Shown: one piece after another, positions 1 through 12,900 of the stretch
Position numbering within the stretch: position 1 is the stretch's first letter
Layout of the letters: each line of letters opens with the position of its first letter
Source of the DNA: Azolla caroliniana
Lineage: Eukaryota > Plantae > Polypodiophyta
Length of the DNA: 64,000 bases
Direction of reading: 5' to 3'
Assembly (NCBI GenBank): GCA_043228905.1
Contig: JBHGNT010000003.1
Location: 25,172,001 to 25,236,000, forward strand
The notes under the pieces: model-generated
The model's database searches: none
Told to the model about the DNA's origin: nothing
Seen by the model: the letters and a program-made list of their open reading frames with translations, nothing else
Made by a program: the position numbers and the translations under genes

Positions 1-786
1 ACTATCAAGCTTGCTTGATGACCACCTCTTCAGCCCCCTCGACCATGACCTCTAGTTTGTCCACGTCCTCCATATTCTCTCTCCTTAGATGGTTTAGGGC
101 AAGTATTCTTTAAATGACCAGCTTCACCACAATTGTAGCATTTTCGATTTTCACTTCCACTTGAATTTGGACCATTAGTGCCGATCGTACCCTGGGAAGT
201 CTGGTAATGTCAAAGAGCAGCTTCATTCTACTCTCCTCTTGTATCATAGTCGCAATTGCCTCATCAAGTGTGGGAATTTCAGCCTTGGCTAGAAGAACTG
301 CCCTTCTTTGATCAAACGACGGGTTGAGATGTTTCAAAAATTGCATGGTTCTTCGTTGAGCAGAAATTTCCTTGCTCTTACATTGAGGATCATTGCACAT
401 GTCACAGGCGAGAAATGATCGTATTCTGCCCATAGACGCTCCAGCTCTATGGCATATTCCTGAATCATCCTATCTCCCTATCAAACAACATCTATCTCTT
501 GCTCAATTTGAAATACTCTCATGTTGTTTCCCCCTTTCCTCTCTTGGATGCTAGGACAGTGCTGTTCCAATCTCTGTCATACCAGCAGAAGAATGGATCT
601 AGGGTTTTGCAAAGGGCTGATCTAGGGTTTTGCAAAGGGGCGGATCTATGCTCTGATACCATAAAGAAAAATGAGAAGGCACATCTGTGCAGTAATATAC
701 ATTGGTATGTCACAATAGGAGGGAGAAAATACAGAGATCGCTCATATTTACATGAGGAGAAAGTTCCTCTTTATAAAGGCAAAGAT
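1..786 (-). mobile_element. Ty1/Copia element, 5' part (partial LTR, PBS, gag fragment) in inverted orientation
   Basis: GCTCTGATACCA at 650-661 is the reverse complement of the tRNA-Met(i) PBS TGGTATCAGAGC. 662-786 is the reverse complement of LTR sequence at 2737-2862. ORF 110-433(-) reads QFLKHLNPSFDQRRAVLLAKAEIPTLDEAIATMIQEESR, a Copia gag-like segment. Confidence 0.85.
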
Positions 787-789
787 CTG

Positions 790-2862
790 CCCGTTTTTTA
801 AACATTCTCAACAAAAAGAGGAACCTATATGTGTTGGGACTCAAGCTGAGGGGGAGCTAAAGGTGTATACACGGAAGAGGAGGCTTAAAAATGGAAATAT
901 GAAAACGTCTTCAGTGCCACTTGTGCCATCAAGTTCCATGTCTCGACCTGCCTCGACTTCTGAAATACATATAGAACTCTGAAACCCAGAAATCACAGGT
1001 GATATGATTTCCTCTCCTTCTCCTATAGAGGTTAGGAGGACCTCTCGTAGTAATGCAAGAGTCCCTCCTGATCGTTATGGTTTTCCTCATGAAATTGCTC
1101 AAATTATCTCTTATTCTAACATATCAGCTACATATAGAGCATTCATTGCACAATTAGACTCTGTCACTTTACCCAAGTGTTGGCAGGTTGCTAAAGAAGG
1201 TCCAAAGTGGAAAGCAACCATGCAAGAAGAAGTCGGAGCTCTTGAGAAGAACAAAACTTGGGAGATTGTATCACTACCACCAGGAAAGAAGGCGGTTGGG
1301 TGCAAATGGGTGTTTACAATAAAACAGACCCCAGAGGGAACAATAGATCGATACAAGGCACAATTAGTGGCTAAGGGATATAGTCAAACATATAGCATTG
1401 ATTATGATGAGACTTTTGCACTTGTAGTGAAGATGAACACTAATAGAACGCTTATTTCCTTAGCAATGGATAAGGATTGGAAATTACATCAATTAGATGT
1501 AAAAAATGCATTCCTTCATGGAGAGTTGATGGAGGAAGTGTACATGGATATCCCCCGGGTTTTGGTATAATTCAAACAATAGGTAAGGTTTGCAGACTAA
1601 GGAAGTTGCTTTATGGACTAAAGCAATCTCCTTGAGCCTTGTTCGACAGGTTAAGAAGGGCTATGGTGGGTATGGGATACCAACAGACGAATGCAGACCA
1701 TATAGTGTTTTTTTGACAACACAAGGAGCATACTACATTACTTACTGTGTATGTGGATGATATAATTATCACGGGTAACGATGAAGGAGAAATTGCTCAA
1801 CTAAAGGTGCAATTGGGTAAAGAGTTTGAGGTGAAGGATCTAGTATTGCTAAGATACTTTCTTGGAATTGAGGTAGCTCGTGGAGCAGAAGGAGTTGTTC
1901 TATCTCAGCGAAAATATGTATTACATCTTCTCACAGAAACTGGAATGTTGGGTTTAGGCCCGTAGCTTCTCCAATCGACCAAAAGATCAAGCTAATTGAA
2001 CTTGAAGGAGAGAAAGTTGATCGTGAAAGGTATCAAAGATTGGTAGGTGGGCTGTTTTATTTGACTCACACCCGTCCAGATATTTCATTTGCAATAAGTG
2101 TGGTAAGTCGTTGCATGCATGATCCGAGGAAAGATCATATGGATGCAGTGTACCATATTCTAAAATATCTCAAAGGTGCCCCGGGGAAGGGATTAATCTT
2201 TAGAAAACATGGTCATTTTAACATTGAGGGCTATTGTGATTCTGATTGGGCCAGTTGTGCTGATGATAGGAAATCCACATCAGGATACTGTATGTTTGTT
2301 AGAGGCAATCTGGTCTCTTGGAAGAGTAAGAAACAGTCAGTAGTAGCAAGGTCAACAGCCGAAGCAGAGTATAGAGCTATTGCTATAGGAGTTGCGGAGA
2401 TGTTATGCCTGAGAACTCTACTAGTAGAACTAAAGGTGAATCAAGAAAATCAGATGATGTTGTGGTGTGACAATAAGTCAGCAATCAACATTGCCAACAA
2501 TCCGATACAGCATGATAGGACCAAGCACATTGAAATCGACAGATACTTTATCAAGGAGAAGCTTGATAATGGAATATTAAAATTGAGTCATGTTTCTACT
2601 GAACATCAAGTAGCAGATTGTCTTACAAAGGGACTTGGGCCAGTAAGTCTTACTAGATTGTGTGACAAGATGGGCTTAGTAGATTAAAAGTTATAACGGC
2701 TAGTCAGCTCCAACAGCTAGTTAGCCCATTGGCTATATCTTGGCCTTTATAAAGAGGAACTTTCTCCTCATGTAAAGATGAGCGATATCTGTATTTTCTC
2801 CCTCCTGTTGTGACATACCAATGTTTATTATTAAACAAATTTGCTTTCTCATTTTTCTATTA
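790..2862 (+). mobile_element. Ty1/Copia element, 3' part (post-integrase linker, RT, RNase H, 3' LTR), disrupted
   Basis: ORFs carry Copia RT motifs (KKAVGCKWVF, YKAQLVAKGYSQ, LHQLDVKNAFLHG, YVDDIII) and RNase H motifs (YCDSDWA, ARSTAEAEYRA, CDNKSAI, RTKHIEID, QVADCLTK), split by frameshifts and stops. LTR-like sequence ~2690-2862 follows the RNase H stop with no recognisable PPT. Confidence 0.93.
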
Positions 2863-4083
2863 GTGGTATTTGACTTGTGCACATGCACCTCAGGGATGAT
2901 TTGTAGTTCAGAAGTATAGCAGATGGGGCTTCAAAATATGTCGCTACCCATGCCGTTGTGGGAGGCCAAAACTGTGTCGCCCTATCGAACCACCGTTGAC
3001 CTTTAATAAGGACGTTTGACAAATGACAGACAGCATATGGCCGATCTGTAACCCTTCATATATGGCTGATCTGTTTTGGCTCAGACAACCTCTTGGGTTT
3101 GTGTATCATAGTGGCTGCTGTTAGCTTCTTGAGTACTTGCCAGCTGGCTGCTGAATTTGTGTGCGCCTTTGGGAGTAAGGGTAGGCATGTGAGTGCAATT
3201 TCTGGCAGTTGAGCTCGTTTAGTGGACCCAAAATTAGGCAAGTTCAAGGGTGGTTGTTTCATGGTTTATCTCAAGCCTTGTTCCAAAAGTTCTCACACAA
3301 CGGCTTCTGGCTTGGGAAAATACACCATTTGGGCACTCAGCACGATCATACACTTGCTTGCTGGAGCTCAAAGTGTCTATCATACTCTTGAGCTTTTTGT
3401 CACCCAGATTTGACCTTGCATTCGTGTTGCTGAATTACTATTCAGCATGTTTCAAGGCACAGCCATTGGAAAAGATGGCTCAAGACAGTCAGATGGTACT
3501 ATCGGATGGGATATCAGATTCAAAGATTCAAAGATGTTCCAATGCTATCGCCCTGATAGAAAGAATATAATTGTGATAGGTCTGATTCTACTGTGATTCT
3601 GTCATGACTGGAGATGCAGATGACCGGAAATTGGTATCTAGCTACTATTCTATTGACATCCAGAGAGTTCTCCGGTTCATCTCTTTCATGAATGGAAGCG
3701 GAATAGGGAGGTGATCGGCTGAGGCTATTAACCGAAGTATTGAGTGATTCCAGATAATTATGCAAATCTGCTCATGAAACAGTTTGGTTAGTTTCTGTAA
3801 CAACCTCCATGCATGCCCTAAGTGAATAAAAATGGAAAGCCCCCTTTCTCAACAGGGGGCTGGGGCATTAGCTCAATTCATATTTCTTTTGGTTCCTATT
3901 GATATCCCATATTTGGGTTGCCTAGGCTTAATATGGGAGAAAATCATATGGTCGATTTGAATTCTCTTAAAAAGTATTTATAATCCTTCTCATAACTTAT
4001 AACATCGATGTTTGTATGATCACGTTTCAAAATCATCATTTTCCACATACATTTTCTAATGGAATTCTGTGTTAACATTCTAG

Positions 4084-7000
4084 TTTGCAGATAACACCTG
4101 CATGCAATCTTCCTCTCAAATGCATCCGAGCAGGTGGAAAGATGGTCATTGTTAACCTTCAGGTACGTCTAAACCTGGAAGGGATGTTTACAGATTGATT
4201 TTATCATTGTCCTAGGAAGGTGGAAATGTGCTTGGATCATAAAGAAATTGTGTAAGCAAGGACATATGCTCTTAGTGCGATAACTCATTTCTACATCTGT
4301 TGACTGGTAGGGTGGTGTCATCAGGGGGAATGCCTTCACAAGCTATATAGGTAGGCATCTTTTTGGCACTTCACATATCAGGGCCTGGCGCCAATGAGAA
4401 ACTAGGATCCCTTGAAAGTCTCCTAAGACATGTTTTGCAGTGTTTTCTTGGCTGACTCTTACGCTTGTTTACCATGATCTGTTTATCTACTTCACTTTGG
4501 AGCTACTTATCAAACTATCATAATTAATAAAATGGGCATCAAGTCAACATAGAAGAAAGGTTTTTGAGTGATGTGAACGAGGATCATACTGCAGGACATA
4601 CACTTCTGCAACCTCACAATATGGGAGATGATAGAAATTGTATTTAAGAATTTGTGCATATGGGTAGTACTAGTCCAGTACATTATGCCATTTTCTTGTA
4701 CGGTATAATGTTTTTATGTTGATGCATTTCGTGACGTTTGGTACAGGCAACTCCAAAGGACAAGAAAGCATCCCTTGTTATACATGCTCGTGTTGATGAA
4801 GTAAGTGTGCTGGAAAGTTAAAAATTACGAGTTTAACACAAATTACTTCAGCAAATGCTGTGTTAGAAACATGCAGGACACACACATCCTGCTTTAATAG
4901 CAGAGTTATACTACTGGTCGAAATATCTGCATGATATCAATATGGTCACGATATCCTTCAACTATAAAGGATAAAATTAAAGAGAATGAATATTCTGTTC
5001 AATAAGAATATGCTGTTCAATAACATAAGGATCATCAAAAGGATATGGAAATTTGCTATGCACGATCATCATTATATTCCTCTCCATTAGAATACACAGA
5101 ATGAATTATGAGACTATGTAGAATGCCTCTTAAAATTTTACTTGAATTCGTATCAAAATTCATGAAGCTATGGTCATAATTCTGCATGTAGATCGAGAGA
5201 CAACACCTTCCACTGTGTGGTCTCCCCATGTGGCTTATCTATGCAGTGTTCTACAAAATAAGCTAATGACAAAAACATCATTATGGCCAAAAGTAGTCTA
5301 TAGCCTTAAAACTTATTACACCAAAAATAAAAGTTTCTTACTCTTGGGTTTGAAATTTTAGATATTGAGTGTTAGATTCAGAAAGCTCTTTTCTTGCAGG
5401 TTATTTATGGAGTTATGAATCAATTATGCTTACCGATTCCTCCCTTCGTTCGCATTGACCATGTTATGATAAACTGTGTTTTTGCACAACAATCAAGTAG
5501 ATTTTAAAACATGTTCAGATTCTGTTTACATCTTTTCTTGTGTTCTTTATCTTAATTATGGAGTCATTACAGGGAACCATACTGTACATTGGACACTACA
5601 TGTTAGCAGCTCACATGACAGAAGAGCTCCACTTCCATTTATTGATTCAGTTGAGGTAAAAATGTTGCAAATGGTTACAGATAAATTAGTTTTAGTTTCA
5701 TTTATCATGTTTACGTTTTCAGGTATTATTTCCTGATCGACCAGATCTAACGAGTGCTGTAATCAAAGAGCAGCCTTTTATTTTGAGAAGGTGATCCTCT
5801 GTTCATATCATGGATAAGACCATCCAGAGATTCCATGCTTTGGATGGCAAGTTCACGTATTACTAATTAAGTTTTACTTTGTGCTTTCTATGCTGTAGAA
5901 GTACCATGAAATGTGAGAACTTTGATGTTCTTGTAAAGTTGCAGTTCGGAGATGGTTGCATGTGCAGCCCTGTCACTATACGGCATCCCATGAAATTAGG
6001 GGTGCGTATTTTATTTATAAACTGTGCATTTGTAAACATCAAAATTCTCACATTTCATGTTGTTGACTATGGGTTTGATATAAATGCCTGTATGCGATTT
6101 GTGAAACTGTACATTTCTTAGGCATGCATGTAGTTGTTGGCATTCCTAAGCATTTCATTATGCGATGTTGTCTCCTGAAACATGTTTCAAATTTTCCACA
6201 CACAGTAGCTCTCTTTGGTTAGGTACAAATTGTTTTTTGCTTTATTTTACCAGATTTAAACAGAACACCGTGGATATAACTTTTGGTTTAACATAACATT
6301 ATATTATTTCATTTTCCTCTCTTAAAAACAAGATGATGCAAATTCACAATCAGAGAATGAATAAATAAAAACTATTTATGTATTATGTATATCAAATATG
6401 CCTTATAAAGGCATTTACACATTGCTAATATCCCTTGATATCTTGACTTCATAAGTTCAAACGTTCCGCCATATAAATGTCTTTATGAGTCAAGATACCG
6501 AGATCAAGTACGATCATTTCAAAAATTCACAATGGATTCCGGGCAGTCATATGGATGTAATATTAGTCTTAGGCCACTTTTTCGTTTTCAAAACATGATG
6601 GGTAACCTGGGTAGATTTGCAAAGTAATAATTTTTTTTAATGGAAACACAATTGCTAAGTGAGCTATTTTATGCGATAGTAGAAAAGCTCATTTTCTGAA
6701 GCTCAAGTTGTACATTTGTCAGAAAAGGCAATGTGTCTAAGTTGTGCTTTGCATGTTACATCTTGTGATTTCTCTAAGTTACCTCAAGTTTTGGTAACCT
6801 TTTCCAGGATTTTGTAAGGTTATCTCATAAGGATAAGACAACCAAGGCTTGCGGAGGTGTAAATGAAGAAAATGTGGTGAGAGCGTATATGCTGCATTCA
6901 ATCTAATTGTGTTGGAACTCTCAACTACTCACATAGTCTTCAGGAGTGTACAATTACATGCTAAAAGGAAAAGCATTGCCTCTTTGATGAATTAGTCAAA

Positions 7001-8682
7001 AGCAACCAATGATGAATGAATATATGCAACTTTGAATAGGTTCTCTCAACAAATAAAAAAGCACAAACTGAAGAGCAGGTAGAACCAGAGATGGACAAAC
7101 TTGAGGTGTTTATATACTGGATTATCCTTTTTTTCCACCAAATTCAGTTCAGGTTTGCTTGATTGATTGAGTCATATACAGGCTCTTCAAAGAACACCTA
7201 TCTCCAATGAGGATGAACTGGTCAAAGTTCCTGCAAATGTGAAGGAAGAAAATTTGGTAAGAGATTGCTTACCCTTCATCCTCAATCCAGCTGGATGTAA
7301 TATTTTGTCGTTTACATTTGCGTTATTATTAAATCTTTTGTGCATTATGTTTTCCATGCACAAATATACATCTACACCATACTAAGGCTCTCAAATAGGA
7401 AGATTGTATGATAGTTACAGAAAAATCTTGAAACTAGTTATAGGTAAAATATGAGTAGCTGTCAGCAATGGTTTGATTCAGTTTGGTAGTCTCAAATTCA
7501 ACTGTTCCAAACTAAATAGTTTTAAAATTCTGAAATTTAAACCGAACGATGAAACTGTTTCAGGGATTTCCAAGCTCAAACCAAACAGTTCAAGAGATTT
7601 ACAAACCGTTAAGCCACAGTTTTGCACAAACAATTATTTTGTGATAACTTTTGCAAGATTCTTTGACAAAGAGTTCTCCAACCAAAAATCTCAAATTCTC
7701 TAACAAATAGTTTGTTTATAAAGTGAGGAAAAAGAAAATATTGGATCTAAAGTGTTATAACTTATTATGTTAATAGGCAATGAACCAAATAGATATTGCA
7801 AAAGCCTCTTCCTTGAAATAGATATGAGAATCAATACCAAGAGTTATTACCATAATTCATAGGCTAAGAGCTAAACTATGTCATGGCATAATATGTGAAA
7901 CCTTGTATTGCCTGAAATATTTGTGCTTGCACCTGAATATGAGATATTTGCATCGAATGAGATTTCCCCTCCTTGCAAGGGACAGCTTGGAACTGTTAAG
8001 TATAATCCTTAGGATAGATGCATTAAATTAGGTCAGTTTCCAGTTTTGTTCCTTTCGTTTTTTTCTGATAAATAAATCAGATGGAAAAGATCTTGGTAAC
8101 AAACTGTTTAAATATTTGAAACTTCAAAATGTTTTCATATTGAAATTTAGGATGCATATGAAACATTGGATTAGTTGGATCTTCAAAGCAGCTAAGCTCA
8201 GGCATTATGATTAACTAACCCATTTGAATCTTTTTTGAAAATCAATGTGTTTTCATCGTTTTTGCATGCTTGGATATGCATTTGAGACATTGTTTTGTAT
8301 GTTGTTTCTATCCATTCTGGTTTTAAGTGTTTTAAGGATAAAGGATTTTTGTTTTCATTGTTTAACTTAAGAGACTATTTTCAAGGAGTGTGATGACAAT
8401 AGCAAAGAGGATAAATTGGATATCTTGAGGAAGCGTGCAATCGAAGATGATGTACTAGGGACAATAGTTCCTTTAAGCTGTATGGAAAATAGAGCAGCCT
8501 GTGCCATGGAAACGGAGTATGCTATTGTAACATGCATTTTGAGATACAGAAATCCACTCCAAAGTGATGCTATGACAACTGGAAGTCAAAGTATAAAACG
8601 TTGCGGCGATGAAGGGGAAGAAATTCATGAAGAAAGTAAAAGAAGAAAGAAGATGAAAAAATCATCTTACAAGAACAAATAA
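4084..8682 (+). CDS. SRT1: NAD-dependent deacetylase sirtuin SRT1 (SIRT6/7 class), 3' exons only; 5' exons are left of the window
   Basis: GT-AG exons with consistent phase: 4084-4162 (LQITPACNLPLKCIRAGGKMVIVNLQ), 4747-4800 (ATPKDKKASLVIHARVDE), 5400-5496 (VIYGVMNQLCLPIPPFVRID), 5573-5655 (VHWTLHVSSSHDRRAPLPFIDSVE), 5723-5790 (VLFPDRPDLTSAVIKEQPFILR), 5899-6001 (FGDGCMC), probable 7182-7256, terminal 8386-8682 (YAIVTCILRY, basic C-terminus, TAA). Matches my recollection of plant SRT1. The last two exons are less certain. Confidence 0.88.
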
Positions 8683-11600
8683 GAGAAAATGAAAGAATAC
8701 ATTGCATATGCTATTTATACATTTTGCCCATAGTTATGCATTTGCTCCCAAACCTTAACTAATTACTTCCACTCTTTTTCTTGTGGTCATTGACTTTTTG
8801 TAACCCTTTGGCTGGTTGTCGTTGACATTCTTGTACCACTAGGCATTATACCCTGTATACCATTTGATGATACTCTACGTTAATTTGAAGCTTATGTATT
8901 TTTGTATGTTAACTGAAGATTTGTACCTATATTTTCCAATAACATGCATTAAGTCATCAAAAAATCTAAAATTTTTGCTAGACATGATGCATGCTGATAA
9001 TTTATGAATACATATCCATAAAAATCTCATATGGTTGATGTCAAAATTATTCTTTGAATACAACAAATTGTATATAAGTGTCCAAGAAGAGTTAGCTTGG
9101 CTGTTGTACATATGGTGGTTCTAAGAAGTTCAAGCATTTCATCTTTAGCAACCAATGCAAGGGGTGTTCTCGAAATAAGAGAGATGAAAACAAATAAAGA
9201 ACATGAGCAAAGCTTTATGTAGATTGTGGGGCCCTTATTGTTCTATATGCACTAGTAACTACATTTTAAACAAGTGTACGATTTGAAGCAATTTACCATT
9301 CGTATATACCCATCTTTGCACATGTCACACCAATCCATGGCAAACCCAGCCTAGTTAAGATCAATTCACATGTTAAACATTGACCTTGTACACTATTGAT
9401 TTCCTTGACCACTAGCATTAGCCCATCACAAATTGTGAGGAAATCTTAGGTCCTTGTTCTATATGCTATAGACCCAAAGATCAACTTGAGTTCTCATCCT
9501 TGATTGCTACATCATTATCCTTTTTTATTATTGAAGGTACTTTGCAATATAGATAGGCGAACATGTATAAAGATTTTGGCTTTTTGTATGAACACTAACA
9601 TTTCGGTTGTCAAAACATATATTCTTATTCTTGTGTCCAATGGAAGAAACTAGAATATTATTTATGATAGTGTTGGCTCTTTATGCTTTTATTTTTACAC
9701 ATCAAGCTTTAGGTTCAAACCATGGCCCTCGTTATCTTCTTCACCATGTAAATCATCAAATTTGACATCACTCATAATTGTTATCATTATCAGTAAACGA
9801 TCATTTACACTATGTTTAGTTAATATATTGCACATACATCTTAAAGGTTGTTTTCTTCTCCATAGGAAACAACCATGAATCTTTGTTGAATCTTTGTTTA
9901 CATGTTTAAAATATACAATGACTCACCACCCATCTCTTATGGCCATGTTTGAACATACATAATTACTTGTCAATATCCCCCTCTATGTTAGATATGGCAT
10001 GACTTTTTGTCTATCACATTGCTAGCTTAGACTACAATATGGTTTACAATCAAACAATAAGAGCAATGTTTTTTCTTTGATTTCATATTTACCTAGCTTA
10101 TTTTAGACATTTTGACATTGGCAATGGTAAAAATATTTGTGCATGTGAGATTTATCATTGTAAATCTTATGTATTGTTACTTAGGGGATAGATGAGGGAT
10201 ATGAAAACATGTGCATACACACAATTTTTTACATTCAATCACATGAAAACAAAGGTTTCTTGTGCATGGTGGAGTTTACAAAAAATAAGGTATTTTGGAA
10301 TTTCACGCAGTGGTTAAGACATTAACAAGGAAAAAGATTATTGATATTTCTCATGAGTGGACACACCAAAACGGAATCATTACTTGATACAATTATCTGT
10401 AAGGTGTGAAAGTTGGAATCTTTTGAGTATATGCACATGGATATCTCAGTAAAGTATGGTATCTCGTGAGCTCTTTGAGGAAACATTGCACACAAGCAAT
10501 GTGAAAAGCTTGCACACAATTCAAGGTTTTCATGTATTGGTATGTGAAATGCTTTGGTTGGATTACCGTTGAATTAGATTAAAAACTAGTTCCAATTTGT
10601 TTGTACCTACAATAAAAAGTTTTAAGTGTGCACATGTAAATTGCACATAGACGTTAGAGGCAAAATGCATTATGTTGCATTGTCTTTGTCATGCTTGGAA
10701 AAAAATTATATCATAAACGAAGTGGTCTTCAACTGATAAATTCAATTGAGCCAAAATATCCAATTACATGGTCTATAAATGAAATATTTCTTTTTCCTTG
10801 ATCAAACAGATTAAATCACTCTTGAAACATAAGCTAATTCAGATGTAACTTTTTCTAAGTAAGTTTCTTGAAAACAATAGATCGTAAAAGAAATGTGAAG
10901 TGATGGGAACATAGAAGTGGGTGAGACGGAATGAATCTAATGACATGGAGACGAAGAATCTATAATTGTCTTCCCCATAAAAGCTTAGAAATGGGTGTAA
11001 TTAAGGAGTAAAGACTTAGATAGAAGGAAAGGTGAAAATGGCTTTGTGTGAGAATATGGGTGATGAAGAATTAACTAAAGGTCAAGCAATCAAACCCAAA
11101 TATTTGTGTGATCCTCAAGAACATTAGAGCATTGAAATTATAATTGTCATAATTTACATCACCGCTAACATAGTTGTAACTCGTACATATAGAATCCGAG
11201 GCAAATACACGATGCAACATGATAGTGTATTTGAGAGAGATGGTATTTAATAAACTCGTATGCCTCCATGGTCAGGTTGAGATATTCATGATGTCTTTGG
11301 TGATTATTTTACGTGTTCAAATTGTTTAACAATGCATTATATGGTTGGCTTTCTTATTAAACATGAATCAATATGATCATGTGTGTGTGTCGTAGTCATG
11401 TTGCTCATTACAATGATTTCATCTATCCACCTACTTCATTAGATACATTGCAATTTTTCATAAAACTCGTCGCCTACTTATGCAATTGGTGAATTTACGT
11501 CACTTTAAGAAATGGCATTGAAAATCCTAAGACATTTTTTAATCGAGTGTCATTTTTATATGTTTCGTAGCCACCAAATGTGTTACTACAGTAGTATCTT

Positions 11601-11949
11601 GGAGGATGGCTATGAATACTACAGGAGAAGACCCTGGGATTATGCACACATTAGTGTGAATATATCATGATAGCTAATACTTAATAAGCAATAAAGCAAA
11701 TAGGGGGCAAAGTAGCTCTATGTGAAAGTCCAAGGTCACAATTGGGAGTTGAGTTGCATATATGTTTCCAATGCTAGCACAATTATTGATGTTGCATTAT
11801 TAGGGCCAACCTATAGACAAGCTCAATATTCACGGGGTTTGCGGTTGGAATGAATTTGTGTATCAGATTATTAAACAATAATCAAATAATATCATAATGT
11901 TATCAAGCATGTCTTGAAACATATGAAATAGACACAAAAAAACAATAAT

Positions 11950-12900
11950 TGAATAAAATACAAACATTGTCTATAATCCTACAACCCCAAAAAATTGTTC
12001 AATACGAGTTCGAGCAACCATAATTATCAACAATGGATCATTTAATATGTGCTCCACTCCAAAACGGGGGAATTGCATAACATATGATTCATCCTCCAAA
12101 TTACAATGAAGTAGTTGCAATTCAGATTGATGCATGTGGCTACCATGAGAATTTATGAATGTAATGCATGTGGTTGACATACATGGGAGAGAACAAGTGT
12201 CACTCCATAGTCAATCTCAAGCTTTGGACATTACAGATTTAATAGATATTGATGTTAATTGGACTATGTGAAACTGTAGTGGCCAATGTCATCTGTTCGA
12301 TTCATTTCACATGTATATTTTGTAATAGTGGACCATGGTTTAGTGGAGGTGGTTATTTAAGAGCTTGGTTATTTTAATAGGCAACTAGGACACCTAGGAA
12401 GCTCCTTACTTGAGAGCTTATTCTATTCACAAGTGCTAGTTTCTAGTTGCATGATTCCCAATCCAAAAGTTATTGTATTCTCAAATACATAACATGATGT
12501 TTTGGCATCAACGACATGGATATGTGAATTCAATATTTTTATTCTCGAACAGACAAATCAAAATATATAATGAAAATTCTAACGTTGCTCGCCCACTTGA
12601 GTTAGGATTCACTGTGAGTAGATCACATGTGCTTCTAAGAAAAGTGGAAATTAGCTTTATTTCGCAATGTTTACATAAAATTTACCGTCTCCCCAAAGGT
12701 TTCATCAAGATAATGTGAACTATGATAACAATAAAAATCAACACAATCGTTGTGAATTTTGTACATGAGATTGAATGAGAGCAACCCAACGGTCTTGCCG
12801 AAAATCAATTCGTATTATGAACTTACTTCTATAGTTGTTTGAGGAATATGTACCTGTCAGCTTTCTCTACACCCTATCATGTTGCTAATAAGTGTGTACA
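11950..12900. mobile_element. Highly degenerate Copia-like pol remnants
   Basis: ORF 11971-12180(-) contains MHQSELQLLHCNLEDESYVMQFPRF, resembling the Copia RT segment HQMDVxTAFLxGxLEEEVYMxQPxGF. On +, ARPLEL (~12585) and QPNGLAE (~12780) resemble integrase motifs. Confidence 0.35.

Noticed and set aside
2900-3880. Possible LINE-derived remnant before the first visible SRT1 exon
   Set aside because: Only a weak GGLG-like motif near 3850; I could not build a convincing protein alignment by eye.
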